From assembly GCF_001194135.2 (NCBI RefSeq), contig NC_068983.1:96405232-96451941 (forward strand): DNA of 46,710 nucleotides. Reading direction: 5' to 3'. Source of the DNA: Octopus bimaculoides (lineage: Eukaryota). A model generated the notes under the pieces. That model was given only the letters and a program-made list of their open reading frames with translations. It did no database searches and had not been told where the DNA came from. Of the stretch, positions 1-11,132 are shown piece after piece; position 1 is the stretch's first letter, and the number at the start of each line of letters is the position of its first letter. The translations under genes were made by a program, and so were the position numbers.

Positions 1-32
<32 letters not shown>

Positions 33-1675
33 TATATACACACATATATGTATATGTGCTATATTCCTACTACAGCTTATAGCAATATACACTTCATACA
101 AATATGAGCAATATATCACAGATAATTTATGGCATAACATACCCGGGTGCAGCAAGTGTTAATGTATATCGGTTGTAATCTACAGTCTATAGTATTAGGT
201 ATTGGCCGGCTAGATTTGACAGTGAAATATATAATGTTTATAACTGTCAGACTAATAGGAAGCAGGCAAAATATTGTAGTTCATTGGGCCAATGTAGTGA
301 TATTGGGAGATGATCTTGATGATGTAGTGATGCACAGTGGTCTTGGCAGACGTGAGATAAAGACTGGCTGAACGTCATTTGCATACATATTTCACATACT
401 GAACGTAAGTACAAACTGATACATAAACGCGGTTACACATAAACATGAAAGCACACAAAAATTTCCGAACATTTTCATATACATATATACATTTCTATTT
501 ACACATGCACGCACGCACGCACGCACTCACGCACACACACTAACACACACACACACATACACACATCTATATATACTTCCATATATATATATATATATAT
601 ATATATANNNNNNNNNNNNNNNNNNNNNNNNNNNNNNNNNNNNNNNNNNNNNNNNNNNNNNNNNNNNNNNNNNNNNNNNNNNNNNNNNNNNNNNNNNNNN
701 NNNNNNNNNNNNNNNNNNNNNNNNNNNNNNNNNNNNNNNNNNNNNNNNNNNNNNNNNNNNNNNNNNNNNNNNNNNNNNNNNNNNNNNNNNNNNNNNNNNN
801 NNNNNNNNNNNNNNNNNNNNNNNNNNNNNNNNNNNNNNNNNNNNNNNNNNNNNNNNNNNNNNNNNNNNNNNNNNNNNNNNNNNNNNNNNNNNNNNNNNNN
901 NNNNNNNNNNNNNNNNNNNNNNNNNNNNNNNNNNNNNNNNNNNNNNNNNNNNNNNNNNNNNNNNNNNNNNNNNNNNNNNNNNNNNNNNNNNNNNNNNNNN
1001 NNNNNNNNNNNNNNNNNNNNNNNNNNNNNNNNNNNNNNNNNNNNNNNNNNNNNNNNNNNNNNNNNNNNNNNNNNNNNNNNNNNNNNNNNNNNNNNNNNNN
1101 NNNNNNNNNNNNNNNNNNNNNNNNNNNNNNNNNNNNNNNNNNNNNNNNNNNNNNNNNNNNNNNNNNNNNNNNNNNNNNNNNNNNNNNNNNNNNNNNNNNN
1201 NNNNNNNNNNNNNNNNNNNNNNNNNNNNNNNNNNNNNNNNNNNNNNNNNNNNNNNNNNNNNNNNNNNNNNNNNNNNNNNNNNNNNNNNNNNNNNNNNNNN
1301 NNNNNNNNNNNNNNNNNNNNNNNNNNNNNNNNNNNNNNNNNNNNNNNNNNNNNNNNNNNNNNNNNNNNNNNNNNNNNNNNNNNNNNNNNNNNNNNNNNNN
1401 NNNNNNNNNNNNNNNNNNNNNNNNNNNNNNNNNNNNNNNNNNNNNNNNNNNACGAGACTTCGCATACACATACAGGGTCGAACAAACACATTCATATACA
1501 ATTATCAATAGTATATACATATACATATATAAATGCCACTAATTTACGCAAATAAATCTTCATGGAGACAAATATCTACGTATATTATAAAGGCAAACTG
1601 AAATTTTCTAATGCATACTTCAATAACCATTTACACATACATACATACATACATGCAGACATACATACATATATG

Positions 1676-1707
<32 letters not shown>

Positions 1708-2380
1708 CATACATACATACAAACATACATACATACATACATACATACATAGATTAACACGCACACACACTAACACAACGCTCATTTATATAGCTTGCTT
1801 AATGGACAAGACAGGCCATAAAATATGAAAATGAAGGACTGCTAGCGGAATGAATTACATAATTTACTTAAAATGTTAAACACTGCAGAAAGACACCTGT
1901 TTCCCTGCTTTGGGAATTCATCAAGCACTCGCGCTTGGATGTGGTTGTGTATGTGCAGCGTTTAATCTTTTAACTAATTCATAATAAATGTATGTATGCA
2001 TGTATGCATGCATGTATGTATGTATGTATGTATGTATGTATGTGTATGTATGTATGTATGCATGCATGCATGCATGTATATATGTATGTATGTACGTATG
2101 TATGTATGTATGTGAAATGGCGTGAAAAAATAAGTACATAAAATAAGTGCCTATATTCACACTTTATATGATAGATACTCAAATATCTATAGGCAATGCT
2201 CTATAATATATTGTATAATGTATGTATATGTTATATTATGTTTTACTATCATGTTAGTATATACATATATGTACACGTGTGTGTGTGTGTGTATGTGTGT
2301 ATACATATACATATACATACATATACATATATATACACACAAATATACATACGCGTGTGTATATATATATACATATATAT

Positions 2381-3236
2381 AATAATACAAATAATATGTG
2401 AGCATATGCATATATACGTATATGTATGTACATACCTACATCTACATGTATATATAGATGCATATCTGGGTACAGGAGTCACAAAAACACGTGGACAAAA
2501 TGAAAATCAGAACATAAACAGAGCACAGAAGACAAACAGGCCACATAGAGAAAACTTCCTTCATCAGCTGCCCCTATTCTAAGTGTTTCGAAGAGTAGGG
2601 CAGGACGCATTGTTAGAATAGCTCTTCCCGCGGAAACAAATTAAAGTAAATTAAATTAAATTTGTAATGCGGAGGAATTAAGTGGCAAAGAGAAAAATCG
2701 ACAGGAAAACAAAACAGTGAAAATAAACACGAAGGGTTGTAGGCCAGACGTGGAAAACATATCGGTATACTGAACGCTGTGATGTGACGAACTTGACGGG
2801 AAGAGAGACGAAAGTTCATGCTAGCTTGGCAATGGCCAACAGGAGAAAGAAAGCGGTAGCCGATCACATGTGACCAGCGAGGGGTAAGGAGAAAGAGTAG
2901 TAGAGAGAGAGAGAAAAAAAGGGGAGGAAGTTGAACATAGGTGAGCAACGAGAGACTGGGCGGAAGCGAGAGAGGGAGAAATAGTAGTGAAGGGGAGAGG
3001 CGAAGAACAACAGAAGGAAGAACGAGATGGGGGGGGGGGAAAGATACAAAGATAGATAGAGTCGTGTCACAAAATAAAGTTAAAACTTACTTGCAAAAAG
3101 GAGGCGTGTGTTCGATCATATAATAATACAAATAACATGTGCGTATATGCATATAGACGTACATGTATGTACATACCTACATCTACATGCATATATAGAT
3201 GCATATCTGGGTACAGGACGTCACAAAAAAAATGTG

Positions 3237-3237
<1 letters not shown>
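2381..3237 (-). mobile_element. Non-coding repeat unit bounded by ~115-bp direct repeats (Penelope pLTR / retrozyme-like, non-autonomous)
   Basis: 2381-2494 and 3122-3237 align almost base for base (aataatacaaataa(t/c)atgtg...catacctacatctacatg(t/c)atatatagatgcatatctgggtacagga(c)gtcacaaaaa...gtgg), offset ~741 bp. The interior is purine-rich on plus, has no credible ORF and contains the hammerhead-core motif at 2555-2627. The class assignment is inference. Confidence 0.6.
2555..2627 (-). ncRNA. Putative rearranged (non-circularly permuted) hammerhead ribozyme
   Basis: Minus strand reads GAAGAG CTATTCTAA CAATGC GTC CTGCCC TA CTCTTC GAAA CAC TTAGAATAG GGGCAG CTGATGA AGGAAG. Exact cores GUC, GAAA and CUGAUGA. 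Perfect pairings CTGCCC/GGGCAG (stem I), GAAGAG/CTCTTC (stem II) and CTATTCTAA/TTAGAATAG (9 bp). Confidence 0.55.
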
Positions 3238-3270
<33 letters not shown>

Positions 3271-3276
<6 letters not shown>

Positions 3277-3410
3277 GACACTTGCCCAATGTGTCATGCA
3301 CTGGGAGTGAACCGTTATGTGGTTGAAAAGCATGTGATAGTCATGTGGGAAGCATGTTGAAGCATGTGGAAGCATGTGGTTGTCATGTAGTTAGGAAGCA
3401 AACTTCTTAC
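3271..3410 (-). mobile_element. tRNA-derived SINE, 5' part (family A), with internal AGCATGTGGA-like tandem expansion
   Basis: Reverse complement gives gtaagaagtttgcttcctaactacatg...ggttcactcccagtgcatgacacattgggcaagtgtcttctaa, matching the copies at 12498 and 21095. Confidence 0.75.
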
Positions 3411-3419
3411 TTCATAGAA

Positions 3420-3790
3420 GTGGAGGTGTAGCTATGTTGTAAGAAGTTTGCTTCCCAACCACGCGGTTCCCGTTTCAGTCCCAGTGAGTGACACCTTGGG
3501 GAAGTGTCTTCTACTATAGCCTCGGGCTGATCAAAAGCCTTGTTAGTGGATTTCGTTGACGGAAACTGAAGGAAGCTCGTTGTATGTATATATATATATA
3601 TATTTATAGCTGTGTGTGTGTGTGTGAGTTTCTCTGTGTCTGCATATGTCCCCACCACCTCTTGGCATCCGGTGTTGGTGTATTCATGTTCTCGTAACTG
3701 AACCGTTCGACGAAGAATTTTTTAAGGCGTTGCTCCAGCATGAACACAGTCCAATGACTGAGATAAGTAAAAACAAATGAGATAAAAAGA
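3420..3790 (+). mobile_element. tRNA-derived SINE (family A), near full length with internal microsatellite
   Basis: Head gtagctatgttgtaagaagtttgcttcccaaccacgcggttcccgtttcagtccc, then caccttggggaagtgtcttctactatagcctcggg...aaagccttgttagtggattt, a (TA)/(TG) tract, and the tail gctccagcatg...cagtccaatgactgag. Homologous to four other copies in the window. Confidence 0.8.
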
Positions 3791-4202
3791 TATGTATCGC
3801 CCTAATTATCGCTCAATAATTTCTATAATATATATTCTTGATTAATCAACGTCATTGCTGCTACATTACCCCATCCCACCACCACCACCACCACCATCAC
3901 TACCGTCATCCCCTCTGCTCCGATGCTCCTACCTTCCAAGGGGCTTTTATATGAAACTAATAGTCAATAACTGAGGAGGTTACACTTCATTGACGAAACC
4001 AGACCTATTTCTAGATTGACCTCTTTTAATTGCTAGAAAGAAAAGATTCGTAAGATTCCTGAGTTCGAAATATTCCTCACCGCATGTTTAATTTTGTTTT
4101 GATATTTCTAGTGCTCCATGTATTTAATATATTCCATACCATTGACCTCAAACAAATTTTACTGAAGTTTCTTCATGCTTTTCCATTTTATGGCCTGCTT
4201 TC

Positions 4203-4216
4203 TATTCTTCGGTCTG

Positions 4217-4263
<47 letters not shown>

Positions 4264-4510
4264 GTCTGTCTATCTGTCTGTCTATCTGTCTGTCTGTCTG
4301 TCTGTATGTCTGCCTGCCTGCCTGTCTGCCTGTCTGTTTTTCTGTGTGTTCGTCTGTCTGTCTGTCTGTCTGTCTGTCTGTATGTATGTATGTATGTATG
4401 CCTACCTGACTGTCTATCTGCCTATCTGTCCCTCCGTCCATCCATCCATTCAGCCGTCTATCCGTCTTCTTATCTATCTATCTATCTAGCTAGCTAGCTA
4501 GCTATCTGTC
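4203..4510. repeat. Compound tetranucleotide microsatellite (TCTA/TCTG/GCCT/TATG)
   Basis: Direct reading; it explains the spurious ORFs at 4084-4497. Confidence 0.95.
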
Positions 4511-4630
4511 TGTTGTTGAAGGATTCCAACCACTCCCATGTGACTAAATGTGGACTACCACATTGCTATAAAATAAAGAATTGTCAGTAGTTTGGCAAGC
4601 AGTTCACTGTAAGCTGTTGGAAGAGAGCGT

Positions 4631-6971
4631 TTAACCTCGTGTAACAGTAATTGTAGTGCGTTGTGTGAATATTTTCGTTCTCCTGCTTCAGTAAATTATG
4701 TATCCAACGCTAGGATATAGAAGTGGCGACGAGTTCGAAGTTTGCGCTGGACGTTTAGAATCTTTTTGTTCGAAACCAAAGAAAAAATCGTTTGACTTGG
4801 AGGATTTACTGACCTCCGTGGTGCAATTCTTACATGTAGCACGAGTTTTCCTGTGTTTTTTGGGGCCACACAAAGAACATCTTCCCTTTTGCTTTGGCTG
4901 AGGAATCTCAAATGAGGTTGAAGATCATCTTTTCTTGTTTGGTTGAAAAATGTTAGCGGAACTAGAAGATTGTTTGTAATATCCTTGTTTAGCATGAACT
5001 CTAGCAAGTTCCATTCCTAGCTGAATTAGGAACTGTCTTCTTTTATCCTTGAAACTTTGCAAATGAAGCTGTTTAGCAACAATGAAAGCATTTACTGCAC
5101 TTATGTCAATCATGTTGTCGAATATAATCATAGGCCATCTCCCAGTCATTCTTTTGTCCTTACCATCTTATCTTGGGTATCTACTCCTCCTTTTGTCTTG
5201 TTGTAACATGTAATAACTTCAGGTTTGATTTCAGCACTTTTTGAATCAATTGAAGGCTGAGAGAGCATTGTACTCATAAGTGTGACTATATCATTTTTCT
5301 TGGGACACTAAGATAGGATCATAGAATCCTTTTGAAATCCAAATATTGTGCTGTTGATTTCTCTTTCTTTTCCATTTGTGAAAGCACTTGGAAGTTCAAC
5401 TCTCTTTCTAATTGTTCCAACTAAAGTAGTTTTCTCGCTAAGCAGCTTTTGAACCAGTCCTAGACTTGTAAAACAAATTATCACAAGTTATATTGTGACC
5501 AGTATATTCAAGTTCTTTTACTAGGTCTTCAACAACTCTTGAACCTTGATTTGTCTCTCTTCCTTTTACTGGGGCTTTTTCAGTGTAGATTTGCATTTTC
5601 TAGGCATAAGATGTTTCACTGTTGCATATTGCTGACATTTAAATTCCATATTTCCTTGGTTTTGAAGGAATATATACCCAGAACGGGCAGCACCCTGTGA
5701 ATGAAACTAATTGTTCATCAACTGTCATGCATGAACTTGGAACATATCCATCTTTCAAATTCTGATTCCACATTTCATATACTTCTCTTATGGGCTCCAA
5801 TTTATCATCACTTGTCTTTTTTCTTCTTGCACTAGCATCATCAAAAACGCAATACTTGTAAAATCTATTGGAATCTTCCCCGGTTCATAAATGTGTTGAA
5901 TATTGGGTGGCCATCTTCTTGACTCCATAATTATGTGACATTTTCATGTTTAGATTTATAAACACCTCTAAAAATAATTAGTCCAATAAATTTCTTTAGT
6001 TCAGATTGATCAATTTCCTTCCGTTTATCTTTGTAAACAACCTGACCTTCAACATTTGTCCATTTACGAATTACTTGAAGAAAATTCTGGCGCATAAACA
6101 TAGTAAAACATGTTTTAATGCTATCGCAAGACCTTTTAGCAAAGTGAGATGGTCCACATTCTTGGCGCAAAATATTGCAGGATGAAGTTCCTACTGCTGC
6201 TTGAGTAAGGGGATTAGAATACCAAACTTCCTGTCTGTCTCTAGAAACATATTGCTCATTCATAATTCGGTGGCTAGCAGACCTAAACTGTCCAGCACAC
6301 AATCACTTTCACCATCATCTTCAGAGCAATAGAAGGAATCTCTACTATATTCTTCTTATTCTTCATCTAATTCCAATAACCTTTTCAATAGTTGGACTTC
6401 ACTCAAGTTTTCCCGTCTAGGCATATTGAAAAGCACAACTGAACTATATGAAACTGGAAAGCAGACTAAAGGCAGATACTGCTCTCTCACATATTTATAC
6501 TCTCCTGAAAGATAATGCAATATATTGTAAAAATTGCGTCAGTACATAGAACTTTTGCATCACCCTATAACCTAGAAGATTGAAGGTGATGCAATACCAC
6601 AGACATTTACAGGAATATTTTCATTTTTCCTATTTTATCTAAAATTCAGCTAATAAATTGGATACAATTTTATCTATTTTATATCTGATAAATATCTAGG
6701 AAAATAATATTTGATACTGCTTTTATTCTGTTTAGAATGACAAGAGAAATGTCTGAATTTAATTCGAGGGTCCAATAGACGCACACTGTAATTAATGTAT
6801 AAAGTGAAATTGTCTTAACTTTTATAAACATAGGGAAAATTTCCCATTTGACAAATAAAAGAGAGTCAAGAAAAAAATAAGAGTCACAAGAAATCAGCAG
6901 AATCAAATAATATAAACAGTAGTAAAAAGCGACTGAAAAACCTGAAATGGGTCCATTGGGCCCATTGGTAG
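4631..6971 (-). mobile_element. piggyBac-family DNA transposon relic (PGBD4-like transposase, frameshifted)
   Basis: Minus-strand fragments: MPRRENLSEVQ (ATG 6424), ELKKFIGLIIFRGVYK, MTVDEQLVSFTGCCPFWVYIPSKPRKYGI (first D near 5717), GHNITCDN...LVGTIR, YNKTKGGVDTQDKMV, RWPMIIFDNMIDISAVNAFI, and a Cys-rich tail KTRATCKNC. TTAA at 4631 is a possible right end. A subterminal palindrome at 6946-6966 runs into the gap. Confidence 0.9.
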
Positions 6972-7663
6972 NNNNNNNNNNNNNNNNNNNNNNNNNNNNN
7001 NNNNNNNNNNNNNNNNNNNNNNNNNNNNNNNNNNNNNNNNNNNNNNNNNNNNNNNNNNNNNNNNNNNNNNNNNNNNNNNNNNNNNNNNNNNNNNNNNNNN
7101 NNNNNNNNNNNNNNNNNNNNNNNNNNNNNNNNNNNNNNNNNNNNNNNNNNNNNNNNNNNNNNNNNNNNNNNNNNNNNNNNNNNNNNNNNNNNNNNNNNNN
7201 NNNNNNNNNNNNNNNNNNNNNNNNNNNNNNNNNNNNNNNNNNNNNNNNNNNNNNNNNNNNNNNNNNNNNNNNNNNNNNNNNNNNNNNNNNNNNNNNNNNN
7301 NNNNNNNNNNNNNNNNNNNNNNNNNNNNNNNNNNNNNNNNNNNNNNNNNNNNNNNNNNNNNNNNNNNNNNNNNNNNNNNNNNNNNNNNNNNNNNNNNNNN
7401 NNNNNNNNNNNNNNNNNNNNNNNNNNNNNNNNNNNNNNNNNNNNNNNNNNNNNNNNNNNNNNNNNNNNNNNNNNNNNNNNNNNNNNNNNNNNNNNNNNNN
7501 NNNNNNNNNNNNNNNNNNNNNNNNNNNNNNNNNNNNNNNNNNNNNNNNNNNNNNNNNNNNNNNNNNNNNNNNNNNNNNNNNNNNNNNNNNNNNNNNNNNN
7601 NNNNNNNNNNNNNNNNNNNNNNNNNNNNNNNNNNNNNNNNNNNNNNNNNNNNNNNNNNNNNNN

Positions 7664-7935
7664 GATGGGGAGAGAAGAATAGGGAAAGGGTGGGAGAGAA
7701 AAACAGAAATGAAGAAGAACAAGATAGACAGAAACCAAATAGAATAAGTGTGCGCATCGTAATTATTAAGATAAAACTTACTTGGAAAAGGATGCGTGGT
7801 GTTCGATCATATAATAATATAAATAATATATAAATATGTGCATATATACATACATATATGTACATACCTACATATATATGTATATATACATGAATATATG
7901 GGTACAGGACATAAAAAAAACGTAGAACACCAACT
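7664..7935 (-). mobile_element. Diverged relative of the 2381-3237 unit (repeat-junction fragment)
   Basis: aaaacttacttggaaaaggatgcgtggtgttcgatcat...catacctaca...gggtacaggac...aaaaaaacgt parallels 3083-3236. Its left side is lost in the gap. Confidence 0.65.
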
Positions 7936-8803
7936 TTTTTCGAACAACGAAAAACACAAACAGAGAATCGACATGTAACATACAGAACATTCTCTCATAT
8001 ATATTTAAATTAACTTACTTTTCGTATATTTTACATCAACAACGTTGGTTTTGAATTCGATGTTTTAAAAACCAGTAGCTGCTGTTGATTCTTACTTATT
8101 TGAATTATTAAGCGAAAATCACCCTATCTTGTTTTTGAAATTTATTTTCTCGATGATTGAAACAGCAATTTATAACAAGTTAATGAATTTAACATCTGAA
8201 ATGAAATAAACAAATTTCGCTACTAAAGCGCCCGTCCTTTCTGAAATAATTCCCCCTAATTTTGGTACATAGTTAACGGTTCTTTACTTTATCGAATTCG
8301 AACCTGGAAAAATTAAAGACTTCGGGGCAATTTGAACCCAGAACGTGACACATCGTAAGAAACGCTATTAAGTGATTTTAGTGGTTGTGCTAATGAATCT
8401 GCTAATTTACAAAATAATAAAAACTTACACATGTAGCAAATCGCGCTGTTTGTTATTTTCCTTGTTAAGTATATTTCTTAGTTTATGAAGACATTAGGCA
8501 GAGAAAACAACAGCACTAATGTTGGAAAACATAGATATCATTATTGACTTGGTTCATTAATTACTACAATTTTGAGCAAGTGAATTCAGGATATTCATAG
8601 TGTAATAAGTAAATACGTCTAAAGATTATACAACGTATTTGAATGCAAGTATATTTATATCTATATACACTTGGCATGTGTGAGCGTATCCACGTGTATA
8701 CATCCAGGTAAATATGTATGTATATGTGTGTGTGCGTATTCATATATACACATATATATTTCTATATGCATACACACACACACACACACACAGACATATA
8801 TGC

Positions 8804-8870
<67 letters not shown>

Positions 8871-8966
8871 NNNNNNNNNNNNNNNNNNNNNNNNNNNNNN
8901 NNNNNNNNNNNNNNNNNNNNNNNNNNNNNNNNNNNNNNNNNNNNNNNNNNNNNNNNNNNNNNNNNN

Positions 8967-9030
<64 letters not shown>

Positions 9031-9937
9031 AGAGAGAGAGGAGAGGGAAGAGAGCGGAGGACAGATAATGATAATTCAAATGGTATTGAATAAACTCATG
9101 ATAATTCATACGTCAAGAATTATCCATTTGGGTATTTTTTATGTCTTCAATCTCTATTTTGTACCCGAACTATCAATATCAGAAACAAAATTAGAAAGCA
9201 AAAAAAAAAAGTAAAGCCAAAGACAAGATAGATCTCTGGAGATTGTATTTGTCAACAACACATACCATTTTCTGTATATTTATTTATCTAGTAAGCTGTC
9301 AAAACTGAAACTCTTCCATGAACTCGTTGTGAAAACAAGAAAATACTCAATTTGGAAGAAAAAAATTACGATTAACATTCGTGAAGAAAGAAAAAAAAAA
9401 TAGCGGTAGGAATGCATACACGTGTGTTCAGGTAATACACGAATAACTTAAAATTTGATATCTGTTTTTACTTCGGAGATTAATTAATCAACATGACATA
9501 TTTTTTCTATCTATTTAAAAACGCAAAAGAAAAATCTCTCTACATATTTCAGTTGTTTATATATCTTTATAACGTTCTCTAATTTGTTATTCCTTTGGTT
9601 CAACTCCATTTATAAGATTCTTAATTACTATTTCATTTTTGCATGATTGTATTTGTTTTCTTACAATTTTATTTTTGTTCGTTGGTACGCGACGACATAT
9701 GCAAACATAGAAATACAAATTTTACCCAAATTTTATAAAACTCGCTATGCAATCAGAGCCAACCAGGTTCGATGGCACTGGTAGGGGGTGTCTGAGATCA
9801 GGCAGCTTGAGCAAGTATCATCTATCATAGTTCCTGTTCAATCAAAACTATGTAAAGGAAACTCTACCCTAACTTCTCACATGTATAATTATTAGAAGAG
9901 CTTAAAATCCAAGCTGTGTTTTCATGAAATATATGTA

Positions 9938-10260
9938 AAAGCCTTGTGAGTGGATTTGGTAGACGGAGTGAGTGATTTTGTAGACATATATATACATGTG
10001 TGTGTATGTGTGTTGTGTGTGTGTGTGTGTCTGTGTGTTTGCTTGTGTGTCTCTGTGTTTGCCCTCCACCACCATCACAACCATCGCCTGACAACCGATA
10101 TTGGTGTGTTTATGTCCCCGTAACTTAGCGGCTCGGCAAAAGAAACCGATAGAATAAGTACTAACCTTAAAAAGAATAAGTTCTGGGCTCGACTTGTTCA
10201 ACTAAAGGCGGTGTTCCAGCATGGCCGAAGTCAAACGATTGAAACAATTAAAAGAAAAGA
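9938..10260 (+). mobile_element. SINE family A, 5'-truncated copy
   Basis: aaagccttgtgagtggatttggtagacgg, then a (TG)n tract, then gacaaccgatattggtgtgtttatgtccccgtaacttagcggctcggcaaaagaaaccgatagaataagtac...ccagcatggccg. Confidence 0.8.
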
Positions 10261-10399
10261 ATACTCATATTTTGAGTTTTATTTTCCCTCTTAGCAGCAC
10301 CATACCTATATATATATATATGTATATATACACATATATATATATAAATATGTTATATCTAATATATGTGTGTGTACATATATATGTGTGTATATATGG

Positions 10400-10800
10400 G
10401 AGAATGTACGAAAAAACAACAACAGACGAGGACAAGTGGTGTAAACAACAAAAGGATGTTTTAGTATGACGCTCCGGAATACGGAAAGTCTTTACCGTTT
10501 CGAGCTACGCTCTTCAACAGAAAGAATACGGAGACAAGGAGAAAAACACGGAGAAAATAAATTGAATAGTGTTCAGTCAACGGTCAATCATAGTAATGGC
10601 TGACCGGAAGTTAGAAATTTTACACAGGAGAGCTATATAGATAAAACTCGCTGGTACATGCAAAGTATTAATAAGACGCTCAGGGAAGGAAAGAAAGGGT
10701 GTTAAATGTTTCGGGTAAAGCTCTTCTTCAGAAACAAGAAACAGAGAGAAGTCCAAAAGAAAAGGATGACGGAGGAAAAAATCGCAAACATTCCAAATGT
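10400..10800 (-). mobile_element. Penelope pLTR-like fragments with two degenerate hammerhead-like motifs
   Basis: Minus strand: CTGAAGA-AGAGCTTTACCC-GAAAC (10731-10708) and CTGTTGA-A-GAGC-GTA-GCTC-GAAAC (10520-10497). Each is followed ~30 nt later by GAGCGTC. Confidence 0.5.
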
Positions 10801-10839
10801 AATTACATACATACATACATACATACGTACATACATACA

Positions 10840-11127
10840 TAGTGGTTGTCTACTCCTGACACAGAGTTTGACCACCTCCTGCACCTACACCTTATCCCGT
10901 TCATGGCGTCTGATGTGGCTTTTTAAACCAGACAGTGTTTTGAAAAAACACCCACACAGATTGCACCTCTGATTTGCACTACCAATACCTGCAAGTAAGT
11001 TCTGCTCATTGTGGATCCTAGCATGTCTTTTAAGACCCTCATTGGATTTGCAAACCCTCTGGCACACGCCACATTCAAACGTGTGCACAGACATATAATC
11101 AGAATAGCTGGTTGAAGTTTGTTTTCC
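10840..11127 (-). mobile_element. Probable 3' end of an RTE-type LINE (two C2H2 fingers, short 3' UTR, (TATG)n tail)
   Basis: 10885-11094 encodes FECGVCQRVCKSNEGLKRHARIH and CNLCGCFFKTLSGLKSHIRRH without TGEKP linkers. The stop is followed by ~45 nt and then (TATG)n. The RTE assignment is inferred from the known C-terminal C2H2 plus microsatellite tail of RTE elements. Confidence 0.5.
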
Positions 11128-11132
11128 ATACA

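Noticed and set aside
499-1526. Long ORFs spanning N-runs (also at 6.7-7.9, 10.9-11.5, 12.5-12.9, 15.2-15.9, 21.1-21.7, 34.9-36.3, 37.6-39.9 and 42.6-43.3 kb)
   Set aside because: They are open only because N codons are not stops; the flanks are microsatellite translations.
1562-2482. Many short YI/HT/CV/ER-repeat ORFs here and throughout the window
   Set aside because: They are translations of (TA)n, (CA)n, (CATA)n and (GA)n microsatellites.
10885-11094. Member of an expanded host C2H2 zinc-finger gene family
   Set aside because: Only two fingers, no TGEKP linkers, no acceptor, flanked by microsatellite; a retroelement 3' end fits better.
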